Shown here piece after piece: positions 39,046-49,134 of a DNA stretch of 64,000 nt. The stretch spans positions 352,001 to 416,000 of the forward strand of contig CAVSZB010000007.1 in assembly GCA_963732385.1 (NCBI GenBank), given 5' to 3'. A model generated the notes under the pieces. It saw nothing but the letters and a program-made list of their open reading frames with translations, made no database searches and was not told the origin of the DNA. This stretch comes from an uncultured bacterium. Its GTDB lineage: Bacteria; Krumholzibacteriota; Krumholzibacteriia; LZORAL124-64-63. The position numbers and the translations under genes are program-made. Every line of letters starts with the position of its first letter. Within the stretch, counting starts at the first letter, position 1.

Positions 39046-40419
39046 TCACCTCGTCTCATCCGGCGGCGGGTCGGCAACCGGCTCGCCCCGGAAGGTCGTG
39101 TCTGAAAACCCGATGATCCGTACGGTCAACTCCGTCCCCGGGACGGGGTCCCCCGCTTCCAGGACCACCTTGCGGTTGTTGGCCGTCCGCGCCCGCGACC
39201 AGCCGGGCGGACGACGCGCCGGCCCCTCCACGGCGATCCGCCAGACCTGCCCCACCTGCGCCTGCGCGAGCGGCAGCCAGGCGGCCGCCTGCGCCGCCAG
39301 GAGCGCCGCCAGCCGCGCCTTCTTGACCGCCTCGGTCACATCGTCCGCGAGCCGGTCCGCCGGCGTGCCGGGCCGCGGGGAGTACTTGAACGCGAAGAGC
39401 TGATCGTAGCCGACCGCCTCCACAAGCTCAAGCGTCTCCCTGAAGTCGTCGTCGGTCTCGCCCGGGAAGCCGACGATGAAATCGGAGGAAAAGGTCACCC
39501 CGGGGATCCAGGCGCGGGCGTTCGTCACCATCCGCAGGTAATCGGCCCGGGTGTAGAGCCGCTTCATCCGGCGCAGGACGCGGTCGCTGCCGCTCTGGGC
39601 CGGGACGTGCAGCCAGGGGCAGACGGTCGGCTGTCCGGCGATGGTGCGCAGGAGGCGATCGGTCAGGTCGCGCGGGTGGCCGGTCAAAAAGCGGATCCGG
39701 CGCAGCCCCGGCACGGCGGCCACCTGCCCGAGCAGGTCGGCGAAGTCGAGCCCCCCCTCCCCGCGCCAGGCGGTGACGTTCTGCCCCAGCAGGGTGACCT
39801 CCACCCCGCCGGCCGCCACGATGGCCGCGATTTCGTCCAGGATGGCCGCCGGGGCCTTCTCGCGCTGGGGACCGCGCGTGTCGGGGACGATGCAGTAGGT
39901 GCAGCGGTAGTCGCACCCCTTGTGGATGGTCACGAGGTGGGAGTTGTTCTCGGGGTAGGCGGCCGGGGGGGCCACGTAGTGGACGTCGTCCCGGTGACCG
40001 ACCGCCGTCCGCTCCGGGACCGCCCCCCGCGTCAGCAGACCGTCGAGCAGGTCGGACAGACGGTCGTACTGGTCCACGCCGACCGCCAGATCGGCGCCGG
40101 GCCGCCCCTGCACCAGCTGTCCCGCGAGGCGCTCGGCCATGCAGCCGCAGACGCCGATGAGTCGCGGCCGGCCGTCGTGCTCGGGGCGCAGGTGGCGCAA
40201 TTCGCCGATGCGGCTGATGACGCGGTGCTCGGCGTGGTCGCGCACGGAACAGGTGTTGAGCAGGACGACGTCGGCCTGCGCCGGATCCTCGACCGGCCGC
40301 CAGCCGCGCGCAGCGAGCAGGCCGCCGATCGCGGCCGAGTCGTAGACGTTCATCTGACAGCCGTAGGTTTCGATGCAGACGCTGCGGCCGGCCGGGTCGG
40401 GGCGAGGGTCGACGGTCAC
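39046..40419 (-). CDS. miaB: tRNA (i6A37) methylthiotransferase MiaB
   Basis: ETYGCQMN, LNTCSVR, GCMAER, GCDYRCTYC, DFIVGFPGET, TRAM-like tail. Confidence 0.93.
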   Translation of the reverse strand: MTVDPRPDPAGRSVCIETYGCQMNVYDSAAIGGLLAARGWRPVEDPAQADVVLLNTCSVRDHAEHRVISRIGELRHLRPEHDGRPRLIGVCGCMAERLAGQLVQGRPGADLAVGVDQYDRLSDLLDGLLTRGAVPERTAVGHRDDVHYVAPPAAYPENNSHLVTIHKGCDYRCTYCIVPDTRGPQREKAPAAILDEIAAIVAAGGVEVTLLGQNVTAWRGEGGLDFADLLGQVAAVPGLRRIRFLTGHPRDLTDRLLRTIAGQPTVCPWLHVPAQSGSDRVLRRMKRLYTRADYLRMVTNARAWIPGVTFSSDFIVGFPGETDDDFRETLELVEAVGYDQLFAFKYSPRPGTPADRLADDVTEAVKKARLAALLAAQAAAWLPLAQAQVGQVWRIAVEGPARRPPGWSRARTANNRKVVLEAGDPVPGTELTVRIIGFSDTTFRGEPVADPPPDETR

Positions 40420-41831
40420 GGCTGCTCCTCGGACGGCACCGCGACCACGTCGTCGGCGCGCGGCGGCGCGGTCGGCGGGTCGCCGACGGGGAGGCCGACC
40501 CTGAGGCGCACCAGCGAGCCGGCCGGCCAGGGGTCGGGCACCAGCACCGTGGCGTAGTTGTCGGTCGTGGCGGGACGCCAGCCGGCCGGCGCCTCGCCGT
40601 CCTCCACGATCGCCTCGCGCCACGATCCCGCCAGCGCGGCCGCGAAATCGCGGCGCCGCCGGCGGCCGAGGCGGCGCAGCTCCCCCGCCCGCGCGGTGGC
40701 CGTTTCCGGGGGGACCGGGGCGGGCAGGTCGGCGGCCGGGGTGCCGGGCCGCGGCGAGAAGCGGAACACGTGCAGGTAGGCGAGGGGCAGGCCGGCCAAC
40801 AGCTCGACCGTGCGGGCGTGCGCCGCCTCCGTCTCGCCGGGAAAACCGGCGATGATGTCGGCGCCGAGGGCGGCGTGCGGTCCGGCGGCCGCCGCGAAAG
40901 CGAGGGCCGTCTCGCGCGCCGCGGCGGCGCGGTAGGGCCGGCGCATGCGGGCGAGCACCTCGTCGTCGCCGCTCTGCAGCGAGAGGTGCAGATGCGGCCG
41001 CAGGCGGGGTGTGGCCCGCGTCCAGAGCCGCAGCAGAGCCGGCGTCACCTCGTCGGGGTGCAGACTCCCCAGGCGCAGGCGCAGGTTCGGCCGCGCGTCG
41101 AGCAGACGCTCCACCAGCGCCGCGAGCGCGTCGGTTTCGCCCCGCTCGCGTCCGTAGCTGCCGAGGTTGACCCCCGCCAGAACCAGCTCGCGAAAGCCGG
41201 CGGCCTCGAGCGACGCCGCCTGCGCCACGATCTCGTCCGCGGGGCGTGAGCGGGCCGGGCCGCGCGCCTGCCAGACGAGGCAGTAGGCGCAGCGCAGGTC
41301 GCAGCCGTCCTGGATCTTCACGAAGGCGCGCGAGTGGCCGGCGAACCGTTCGAGCGGCGCCGCCGCGAACGGGAGTCGGCGCGGAAACGCGGCCACCTGC
41401 ACGACCGGCGGGCCCGGCGGCGCGGCGAGCACGGCCGGCAGCCACCGCCCGGGCGCCTCCTTGAGGGTGTTGCCCACCACGCCGTCGATCCCCGCGATCG
41501 CGGCGACCCGGTCGGGCTGGGTCTGGGCGTAGCAGCCGGCCACGACCACGCGGGCGTCGGGCCGGCGGCGCTTCACCGCGCGGGCGAGCTGGCGGCACTT
41601 CTGGTCGGCCTTGCCGGTGACGGTGCAGCTGTTGATCACGTAGACTTCGGCGTCATCCTCCCACTCCACGCTGACCCACGGCACGTCGTCGGGAAGCGAG
41701 CCGGCCGCCGGGGGGCCGGAGCCGTCGGGCAGCGCCGCCTTCATCGCCTCGGTATCGAACTGGTTGAGACGGCAGCCGAGGGTGGTGAAGGCGACGCGAA
41801 CGACGCGTGGGGCAGGCGGTCGGAACGGCAT
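40416..41831 (-). CDS. mtaB: tRNA (t6A37) methylthiotransferase MtaB
   Basis: TLGCRLNQ, INSCTVT, GCYAQ, KIQDGCDLRCAYC, HVFRFSPRPGT. Confidence 0.88.
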   Translation of the reverse strand: MPFRPPAPRVVRVAFTTLGCRLNQFDTEAMKAALPDGSGPPAAGSLPDDVPWVSVEWEDDAEVYVINSCTVTGKADQKCRQLARAVKRRRPDARVVVAGCYAQTQPDRVAAIAGIDGVVGNTLKEAPGRWLPAVLAAPPGPPVVQVAAFPRRLPFAAAPLERFAGHSRAFVKIQDGCDLRCAYCLVWQARGPARSRPADEIVAQAASLEAAGFRELVLAGVNLGSYGRERGETDALAALVERLLDARPNLRLRLGSLHPDEVTPALLRLWTRATPRLRPHLHLSLQSGDDEVLARMRRPYRAAAARETALAFAAAAGPHAALGADIIAGFPGETEAAHARTVELLAGLPLAYLHVFRFSPRPGTPAADLPAPVPPETATARAGELRRLGRRRRRDFAAALAGSWREAIVEDGEAPAGWRPATTDNYATVLVPDPWPAGSLVRLRVGLPVGDPPTAPPRADDVVAVPSEEQP

Positions 41832-41855
41832 GGGGTGGGCTCCCTCCGTTACGGC

Positions 41856-41886
41856 GACGGGGGTGGCGCTGGCGCCCACCCCCGTC
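41856..41886. terminator. Strong hairpin downstream of rpsA (terminator or stabiliser; no U-tract)
   Basis: GACGGGGGTGG...CCACCCCCGTC 11-bp stem. Confidence 0.5.
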
Positions 41887-41918
41887 CCCCACTCACGCCG
41901 GACGCGGTCGCGGCAGGC

Positions 41919-43862
41919 TCAGATCAAGCCGTCTTCGTCGGCATACTCGGCCAGTTCGTCGTCCTGGCTCTTGTCGCGCGCCTCCGGACCGGCGGCCTGA
42001 TCGGCGGCGACGACATCCTCGAGGCGCGGGTGCGCGTCGATGAACGCCAGCAGAGCTTCGTTGTCGTCCTTCAGGCGCTCGGAGATCGACAGCACGATAC
42101 GCCGGTTCTCGACGTCCATCTTGATGACCTTCAGCTGGATCGCCTCGGCCTCGCGGAAATAGTACTGCGGCTTGTCGAGCTTCGGCAGACCGAGATGGCC
42201 CAGCGGCACGAAGCCTTCGAGGTCGTCGGGCATCTCGACGATCACGCCGTGGTCGAGCATGCGGATAACCTTGCCGTCGACCTCGCGACCCGCCGGATAG
42301 GCCGCGGCCAGCGACGGCCACGGGTTCTCCATGAGCTGCTTGATGCCGAGGCTGATGCGACGCTTGTCGGCATCGATGTCGAGGATCTGGACCTGCACGG
42401 AGTCGCCGCGGCGGACGACTTCCTTGGGATGCCGCACCCGCTTCGTCCACGACATGTCGCTGATGTGCACGAGGCCGTCGATGCCCTCCTCCACTTCGAC
42501 GAAGGCGCCGAAATCGGTGAGGTTGCGCACCTTGCCCTCGATGATGGTGCCCACCGGGTAGCGGTGCGTCAGCGAGAGCCAGGGATCGTCCTCGCACTGT
42601 TTCAGGCCGAGCGAGATCTTTTCGCTCTCCTTGTCGATCTTGAGCACCATGACCTCCACCTCGTCGCCGATGTTGACGACCTTGGAGGGGTGCTTGATGT
42701 GCCGGGTCCAGGACATCTCGCTGATGTGGATCAGCCCTTCGATGCCTTTCTCCAACTCGACGAAGGCGCCGTAGTTCGTAATGCTGACAATCTTGCCGCG
42801 GATGCGGATGCCCTCGGGATAGCGCCGCTCCACATCCTCCCACGGGTACGCCTGGAGCTGCTTGAGGCCGAGGGAGATGCGCTCCCGCTCCTGCTCGAAG
42901 TCGAGCACCTTGACCGTGATCTCGGCGCCGATCTGCACGACCTCGCTCGGGTGCTGCACGCGGCCCCAGGAGAGGTCGGTGATGTGCAGCAGACCGTCGA
43001 TGCCGCCGAGATCGACGAACGCGCCGAAGTCGGTGATGTTCTTGACGATGCCCGTGCGGATCTGGCCCTTCTGCAGCTCGGAGATGAGCGAGGACTTCTT
43101 GCGCTCGCGATCCTGCTCGAGCACGACGCGGCGGCTCACCACGACGTTGCGGCGCCGCTTGTTCTTCTTGATGATGCGGCAGGTGATGGTCTCGCCGATC
43201 ATCTCGTCGAGATCGGGCACCTGGCGCAGGGCGACCTGGGAGCCGGGCAGGAACGTGTCCACGCCCCACAGCTTGACCACGAGCCCGCCCTTGATCCGGC
43301 GGTCGACGACACCCTCGACGACCTCGCCCGTCTCGTGGGCCAGCTTGATCTTGTCCCAGACCTTGAGGAAGTCGGCGCGCTCCTTGGAGAGCACGACCAG
43401 TCCGTCCTGGTTCTCGATCTTCTCGAGGAACACGTCGAATTCGTCGCCCGCCTTGACGCCCGACGAATCGCCGAACTCCTCGATCGGGATGACGCCCTCG
43501 CTCTTGAAGCCGATGTCGAGCAGGACCTCGTTCTCCCGCACCTCCACGACCGTGCCCTTGAGGATCTGGCCCTCCTGGATCTCCTGGATCGTCTCCTCAT
43601 ACTGGTTGATGAGCGAGAGCTGCTCCGCGGGATCGAGGTCGTCGTCCTCGGCATAGTCCTGGTTCACGATGGTGGTGGGATCGAATTCCTTCGTCAGCTT
43701 CGGAACGGAAGGGACCGTCGCGGTCGGGAAGCTTTCTTCGTCATCGTCCGCCCAGCGACGCGGTCCGCCGCGCCGGGGACGGTCGTGGCCGCCGCCGCGA
43801 TTCTCACGATCGCCGCGGCCATGAGACGAGCGCTCCTCGCCGGAAGAGGGGAAGTTGCCCAT
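41919..43862 (-). CDS. rpsA: 30S ribosomal protein S1
   Basis: Six S1 domains (FGAFVDLGGIDGLLHITDLSW etc.); AAGGAGG RBS. Confidence 0.98.
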   Translation of the reverse strand: MGNFPSSGEERSSHGRGDRENRGGGHDRPRRGGPRRWADDDEESFPTATVPSVPKLTKEFDPTTIVNQDYAEDDDLDPAEQLSLINQYEETIQEIQEGQILKGTVVEVRENEVLLDIGFKSEGVIPIEEFGDSSGVKAGDEFDVFLEKIENQDGLVVLSKERADFLKVWDKIKLAHETGEVVEGVVDRRIKGGLVVKLWGVDTFLPGSQVALRQVPDLDEMIGETITCRIIKKNKRRRNVVVSRRVVLEQDRERKKSSLISELQKGQIRTGIVKNITDFGAFVDLGGIDGLLHITDLSWGRVQHPSEVVQIGAEITVKVLDFEQERERISLGLKQLQAYPWEDVERRYPEGIRIRGKIVSITNYGAFVELEKGIEGLIHISEMSWTRHIKHPSKVVNIGDEVEVMVLKIDKESEKISLGLKQCEDDPWLSLTHRYPVGTIIEGKVRNLTDFGAFVEVEEGIDGLVHISDMSWTKRVRHPKEVVRRGDSVQVQILDIDADKRRISLGIKQLMENPWPSLAAAYPAGREVDGKVIRMLDHGVIVEMPDDLEGFVPLGHLGLPKLDKPQYYFREAEAIQLKVIKMDVENRRIVLSISERLKDDNEALLAFIDAHPRLEDVVAADQAAGPEARDKSQDDELAEYADEDGLI

Positions 43863-43919
43863 ACGGAAACGCCTCCTTAAAACTGGAATTTGCCCGGTCT
43901 GGAGCCGGGCCGACCGAAA

Positions 43920-43948
43920 AATATACTCGATTGGGCTGATTCTGGCAA
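43920..43948 (-). promoter_or_regulatory. Sigma70 promoter of rpsA
   Basis: TTGCCA-N17-TATATT. Confidence 0.7.
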
Positions 43949-43961
43949 GCGCCGCGGTGGA

Positions 43962-45488
43962 TCAGGCGATTCCGGACAGGGGGCCGCCGCCGGGGGCGGC
44001 CGGGCGCCGGCGGCCGAAAATCCGCGCCTCGCGCGCGTCGCAGCGCCGGACCGCCTCCTCCCCCGCGAGCCGTTCCTCGTCGGTCTGGGGACGTTCCGCC
44101 CAGGAGCGGGCCTGCATCTCCTCGTAGATCGCCTGGAACAGCGTGGCGATGCGGCCGCAGATCTGCCGCTCGTCGCAGCGGGCGCGCAGGGCCGGCAGAG
44201 CGTGCAGGCGCACCGCGGGGGCGTAACGGACCTCGAGCGGGGCGGCGGGCGAGCCGCCGGGGCTCAGACGGGTCGTGCCGCGCAAAAAGACCGGCACCGT
44301 CGGTGCGCCCGATCGCTGCATCAGGACGCCGAGCCCGGAACGGACCGGGCCGGGCCGACCGGTCGGTCGCCGCGTCCCCTCGGGGAAGACCGCCACCACT
44401 TCGCCGGCGTCCAGGCAGGCCACTGCCGCCTGGAACGCGGTGGCATCGAACCCGCGGCGCTGGATCGGGATGCTGTCGATCCAGCGCAGGACGGCGCCAC
44501 TGAGCGGGTTGCGGAACAGTTCGGCCTTGGCCAGGGTGTTGATCGGCGCGCGCTGCAGCGTGGCGCCGAGGATGAGCGGATCCCAGAGGCTGAGGTGGTT
44601 GGGCGCGATGATGACGCCGGCCGGCAGATCAAAGTGCTCCCGGCCGTAGACCCGCAGACCGTAGAACCGTCCCAGCGCGCCGAAGAAGGCGAAGACGAGC
44701 CGGTGCCGCTGCGGCAGGTCGCGCGTGCGGATCTCCGGCGGCACGGGCTGCGGCAGGCGCAGCGCCGCCAGCTCGCGCGCCGTGGCGAGGGCGCGCGCGA
44801 TCTGCTGTTCCAGGTCCCATTGGCTGGTCTCGAGGACGGCGGCGTCGATCGGGATCGTCAACGGGCTCTCCGCCCGCCCGGAGTCGAGCCGGTCGCGGGC
44901 GGCGAGATCGGCGGCGACGGCGGCCCGGTCGACCGCGAGGCCGCGCTGCTGGTGCTGCCGTGCGCGGCGTTCCGCGCGCGCCTCCGGCGTGGCGTCGAGG
45001 TAGAGCTTCACCGTGGCGAGCGGAAACACGGCGCTGCCGATGTCGCGCCCTTCCATGACCACGCCGCCACTCCGGCCCAGCGCCCGCTGGCGCTCGACCA
45101 TCTGTCGCCGCACCTCGCCGTGCGCGCTGACGGCGGAGACGGCCGCTTCCACGGCCGGTGTGCGGATCGCCGCGGAGACGTCGCGCCCGTCCCAGAGCAC
45201 GAATGCCTCTGCGTCTCCCGGCCGCAGTTCCAGACGCGCGGCGCGCAGCAGTCCGCCCAGGCGGCCGGCGTCGGCCGGCGACACGCCGGCCTCGAGCGCC
45301 GCCCAGGTGAGGGCGCGATACATGGCGCCGGTATCGACGTAGAGCAGCCCGAACGCGCGCGCCAGCGCCCGCGCGGTCGTGGACTTCCCGGAGCCGGCGG
45401 GACCGTCGATGGCGATCACGGTGTCGGGCGCGATGCCCATCGGCTCGGGGCGGCTCGGGGTGGCGGGGGGTGCGTCGGAGCTGCTCAT
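43962..45488 (-). CDS. cmk: Cytidylate kinase fused to a PlsC-like lysophospholipid acyltransferase
   Basis: IAIDGPAGSGKST, DTGAMYRA, EGRDIG, then NHLSLWD and FPEGTR in the same frame. Confidence 0.9.
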   Translation of the reverse strand: MSSSDAPPATPSRPEPMGIAPDTVIAIDGPAGSGKSTTARALARAFGLLYVDTGAMYRALTWAALEAGVSPADAGRLGGLLRAARLELRPGDAEAFVLWDGRDVSAAIRTPAVEAAVSAVSAHGEVRRQMVERQRALGRSGGVVMEGRDIGSAVFPLATVKLYLDATPEARAERRARQHQQRGLAVDRAAVAADLAARDRLDSGRAESPLTIPIDAAVLETSQWDLEQQIARALATARELAALRLPQPVPPEIRTRDLPQRHRLVFAFFGALGRFYGLRVYGREHFDLPAGVIIAPNHLSLWDPLILGATLQRAPINTLAKAELFRNPLSGAVLRWIDSIPIQRRGFDATAFQAAVACLDAGEVVAVFPEGTRRPTGRPGPVRSGLGVLMQRSGAPTVPVFLRGTTRLSPGGSPAAPLEVRYAPAVRLHALPALRARCDERQICGRIATLFQAIYEEMQARSWAERPQTDEERLAGEEAVRRCDAREARIFGRRRPAAPGGGPLSGIA

Positions 45489-45500
45489 CGCGCGCGCGCC

Positions 45501-46373
45501 TCAGGCAGAACGGCCGCAGGCGCGGGCCACCGCGACGCAGGTGGCGGCCAGACGGCTGAACTGTTCGGGCGTCAGCGCCTGGCGGCCGTCGCTGAGCGCC
45601 TCGGCGGGGCGATCGTGCACTTCAACCAGCAGGCCGTCGGCCCCGGCGGCGACCGCCGCGCGCGACAGCGCCGCCACGAACGCGGCGTCGCCCGCCGCGT
45701 GGCTCGGATCGACGATGACCGGCAGGCGGTAGCGCGCCTTCACCACCGCGACGGCGCCGATATCGAGCGTGTTGCGGGTGGCGTCGGCGAAGGTGCGGAT
45801 GCCGCGTTCGCACAGCACGACCTGCTCGTTTCCGGTTTCGAGCACGTACTCCGCGGCGCCGAGCCATTCCCGGACCGTGGTCATCAGGCCGCGTTTGAGC
45901 AGGATCGGCCGGCCGCTGGCGCCGGCCTCCTTCAGCAGCGGAAAATTCTGCACGCTGCGACTGCCGATCTGCAGCATGTCGGCCACGCGCGCCACCTGCT
46001 CCACATCGCGCGGATCGAGCACTTCGGTGACGAACGGCAGACCCGAGGCCTCCCGGGCGGCGACCAGAAGGGCGAGGCCATCGGCGCCGAGCCCCTGGAA
46101 ATCGTAGGGCGAGGTGCGCGGTTTCCAGGCGCCGCCGCGCAGCATGACGGCGCCTCCGGTGGCGACCGCGGCCGCGATGCGCAGCAGTCCGGCCCGCTCT
46201 TCCACAGCGCAGGGCCCGGCGATCAGCGCCAGGCCCGTCCCGCCGAAAACCACCTGGCCGACGCGCACCGTGACGCCGGTCCCGTCCGGGCGGCGCAAAG
46301 AGCGCAGCGGCCGGCCTTCGGGGCCCGAGGTGTCGAGGTGCGGCAGGGGCCGCGGAGCCGGTTCGCCGCTCAC
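45501..46373 (-). CDS. aroF: DAHP synthase, type I-beta, lacking an N-terminal regulatory domain
   Basis: IAGPCAVE, KPRTSPYDFQG, QIGSR, LKRG, CERG, DPSH; GTGA overlap with hisC. Confidence 0.9.
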   Translation of the reverse strand: MSGEPAPRPLPHLDTSGPEGRPLRSLRRPDGTGVTVRVGQVVFGGTGLALIAGPCAVEERAGLLRIAAAVATGGAVMLRGGAWKPRTSPYDFQGLGADGLALLVAAREASGLPFVTEVLDPRDVEQVARVADMLQIGSRSVQNFPLLKEAGASGRPILLKRGLMTTVREWLGAAEYVLETGNEQVVLCERGIRTFADATRNTLDIGAVAVVKARYRLPVIVDPSHAAGDAAFVAALSRAAVAAGADGLLVEVHDRPAEALSDGRQALTPEQFSRLAATCVAVARACGRSA

Positions 46374-47470
46374 GCCAGAATCTCCTCCAAAGCCCGCACG
46401 AGGCGGGCGTTCTCGGTCGGCAGACCGACACTGATCCGGATGGCGCCGTCGCCCAAGCCGAATGCCGCCATCGGCCGCACGATGACACCGCGCTTCAGCA
46501 GCGCCGCGGTCATTTCGGTCGCCTGTCCAGGCACGCGCACGAGCAGGAAGTTCGCCTGGGAGGGGGTGACCCGCAACCCCAGGGACGCCAGCCGCGCCGC
46601 CAGTGACTCCAGTTCCCGCCGGTTGCGGCCGGCACGGGCGGCCACCTCGTCCCACCGGCGCAGACAGGCCAGCCCCGCCGCCTGGGCCAGGGAGTTGACG
46701 TTGAACGGCTCGCGCGTCTTCTGCAGTTCGCCGATCAGTTCCGGGTGCGCCACAGCATAACCCAGACGCAGTCCGGCCAGCGAGTGGATCTTCGAGAAGG
46801 TGCGCAGGATGACCAGGTTGGGGTGCGCCGCCAGCAGCGGGACGGTCTGCGGGTAGTCGGCGGCCGTGACGTACTCGTAGTATGCCTCATCCAGAGCCAG
46901 GATGACGGTCGGGGGCAGCGCCGCCAGGAAGGTGCGCAGTTCGGCGTCGGTGTTGTAGGTGCCGGTCGGATTGTTCGGATTGCAGAGCACGACCAGCTTC
47001 GTGGCGGCGTCGATGGCGCGCGCCATCGCCGGCAGATCGTGGCGGTCGTGCGCGTCGAGCGGGACGGCGCGGCCGGTCTGGAAGTGCACGTCGGTGGCCA
47101 GCTTGTAGACGATGAAGCTGGGGTGACCGTACACGACGTTCTCGCCCGGCGAGACCAGCGCCCGCACCAGCATGTCGAACGTCTCGTTGGAACCGTTGCC
47201 GAGCAGGATCGCCCCCGGCTCCACGCCCAGGTGCGCGGCCAGGGCCCGGGTCAGGGTCCAGGCGGCGGCGTCGGGGTAGCGGTTGATCTCGCGCGCGGCC
47301 AGGCAGATCGCCTCGACCACCTCCGGCAACGGTCCCTCGGGATTCTCGTTGCTGGCCAGCTTGATGACGTCCGTCAGGCCCAGTTCGCGCTGGACTTCCT
47401 CGATCGGCCGGCCAGCGCTGTAGGGACGCGTCTGCAGGATGCCCGGACGGAACAGCTTCTGAAAATCCAT
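46370..47470 (-). CDS. hisC: Histidinol-phosphate/aromatic aminotransferase
   Basis: KLASNENP, GNGSNE, NPNNPTG, DEAY, RTFSKIHSLAGLRLGY. Confidence 0.93.
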   Translation of the reverse strand: MDFQKLFRPGILQTRPYSAGRPIEEVQRELGLTDVIKLASNENPEGPLPEVVEAICLAAREINRYPDAAAWTLTRALAAHLGVEPGAILLGNGSNETFDMLVRALVSPGENVVYGHPSFIVYKLATDVHFQTGRAVPLDAHDRHDLPAMARAIDAATKLVVLCNPNNPTGTYNTDAELRTFLAALPPTVILALDEAYYEYVTAADYPQTVPLLAAHPNLVILRTFSKIHSLAGLRLGYAVAHPELIGELQKTREPFNVNSLAQAAGLACLRRWDEVAARAGRNRRELESLAARLASLGLRVTPSQANFLLVRVPGQATEMTAALLKRGVIVRPMAAFGLGDGAIRISVGLPTENARLVRALEEILA

Positions 47471-47537
47471 CCCCCTCGACCACCTTTCCGCGCGCGAGGA
47501 ACGGTCCCGGCGCACACCCGGCTGAATCACGCAGCGC

Positions 47538-48296
47538 TCAGGGCGGCGGCAACCCGGCCTCCGCACGCAACGCGCTGATTTCGAGCGTAGTCAGGCGCCG
47601 GAAGAGGCCGGGAGGCAGACGCCCCAGCCGCTGCGGGCCGATATCGGTGCGGTGCAGGCGCTTCACCTCGACGCCGAGCGCCGCGAACATCCGGCGGATC
47701 TGACGATTGCGTCCCTCGCGCAGCGACACCGCCCAGCAGTGTCCCGGCGGACCGGGCAGCGGCGCGATCCGGGCCGGCAGGCAGGGGCGTCCGTCGAGGA
47801 TCACTCCGCCCTGCGCCACCGTCCGCACGCCGTCCGGCGCGAGCCGTCCGGCCAGTTCCACCTCGTACCGCTTCCAGACCGCTCGGGCCGGGCGCAACAG
47901 GGCCTGCGCCAACTCCCCGTCATCGCTCCAAAGGAGCAGACCGCTGGTGTCTGCGTCAAGACGCCCGATCGGCACCAGCCCTGGCGGCAGGCCGGCGTGG
48001 GTGCGGAAGGAGAGCAGTCCGGTCTGGGTGCCCTGCGGGCGGAGGGTCGAGACCACGCCGAGCGGTTTGTGGAAGGCGTAGACGCGCCAGACCTTCGGCA
48101 GTCCGACCGCCCGGCCGTCGACGGTGACCGCGTCGTGAGCCGGGTCGACCCGCGTATCGAGCGCCGTGACCACGACGCCGTTGACGGCGACGCAACCGGT
48201 GGTGATGAGCGACTCCACGCCGCGTCGGGAGCCCAGTCCGGCGCGCGCCAGAAAGCGGTTCAGGCGCAGCGGCCCGTCAGGCGTCCGGTCGTCCAC
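47538..48296 (-). CDS. rluB: RsuA/RluB-family pseudouridine synthase
   Basis: S4 domain RLNRFLARAGLGSRR, GRLDADTSGLLL, EGRNRQIRRM; follows scpB. Confidence 0.85.
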   Translation of the reverse strand: MDDRTPDGPLRLNRFLARAGLGSRRGVESLITTGCVAVNGVVVTALDTRVDPAHDAVTVDGRAVGLPKVWRVYAFHKPLGVVSTLRPQGTQTGLLSFRTHAGLPPGLVPIGRLDADTSGLLLWSDDGELAQALLRPARAVWKRYEVELAGRLAPDGVRTVAQGGVILDGRPCLPARIAPLPGPPGHCWAVSLREGRNRQIRRMFAALGVEVKRLHRTDIGPQRLGRLPPGLFRRLTTLEISALRAEAGLPPP

Positions 48297-49134
48297 CCGT
48301 GTCCGCGTCCTCCCCCGCCGGCGCCGGCTCGCGCCACGCGGTGTCCGGCGCTTCAGGTTCGTCATCGGGGTCGGACGCTCCGGCCAGGTCCAGGTCGTCA
48401 TCAACGACAGCGTCGTCCGCCGCGATGTCGTCGCCGGCCCAGTCGTCGTCTTCTGACTCCGCCATCTCTTCGGCGTCGGGCGGCGCGAGCGCATCTCCCG
48501 GTTCGCCGGCCGCGGACGGTGCGACCCCGTCGGCTGCCCCTTCCGCCTCCAGTCCCTCAAGATCGGCGTCGGTCAGCTCCTGGCCGAACTGCAGCGCGAA
48601 CTGTTTGAACTCTTCGCGATTCCCCATGACCATTTCCACCTCGGGCAGCGCCGGCAGTTGCGACAGCCCCTTGAGACCGAGGTGGTTCAGGAATTCGCGG
48701 GTGGTGCCGTAGAGAATCGGATGGCCGACGGTCTCGGCGCGGCCGACGACGGTGGCCAGGTTGCGTTCGAGCAGGGTGGCGAGCGCGCCGCTGCTCTGCA
48801 CGCCCCGGATGTCCTCGATGTCCAGCCGCGTGATCGGCTGGCGGTAGGCGATGATCGCCAGCACCTCGAGCCCGGCCTTGGTCAGCCGCACGTGGCGCCG
48901 GGCGCCGTGCAGTCGCTGCACGAGGGGGGCGTAGTCGGGGCGGGTGGCCACCTGCCAGCCGCCGCCGAACTCCACGACCGCGAAGGCAAAGCCGGCGCGG
49001 TCATAGTCGGCCTGCAACTCGGTGAGCGCGTCGCGGATCTGCTGCGCCGCAAGGTCGGGGAAGATGGCGCGCAGGCGTGGCATGCCCAGGGGAGCCTCGG
49101 TCGCGAACAGCACGGCCTCGAGGTCACGCTTCAT
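48277..49134 (-). CDS. scpB: Segregation and condensation protein B (acidic C-terminal tail)
   Basis: LEAVLF, LEVLAIIAYRQPITR, IRGV, YGTTREFL. Confidence 0.93.
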   Translation of the reverse strand: MKRDLEAVLFATEAPLGMPRLRAIFPDLAAQQIRDALTELQADYDRAGFAFAVVEFGGGWQVATRPDYAPLVQRLHGARRHVRLTKAGLEVLAIIAYRQPITRLDIEDIRGVQSSGALATLLERNLATVVGRAETVGHPILYGTTREFLNHLGLKGLSQLPALPEVEMVMGNREEFKQFALQFGQELTDADLEGLEAEGAADGVAPSAAGEPGDALAPPDAEEMAESEDDDWAGDDIAADDAVVDDDLDLAGASDPDDEPEAPDTAWREPAPAGEDADTGGRPDA

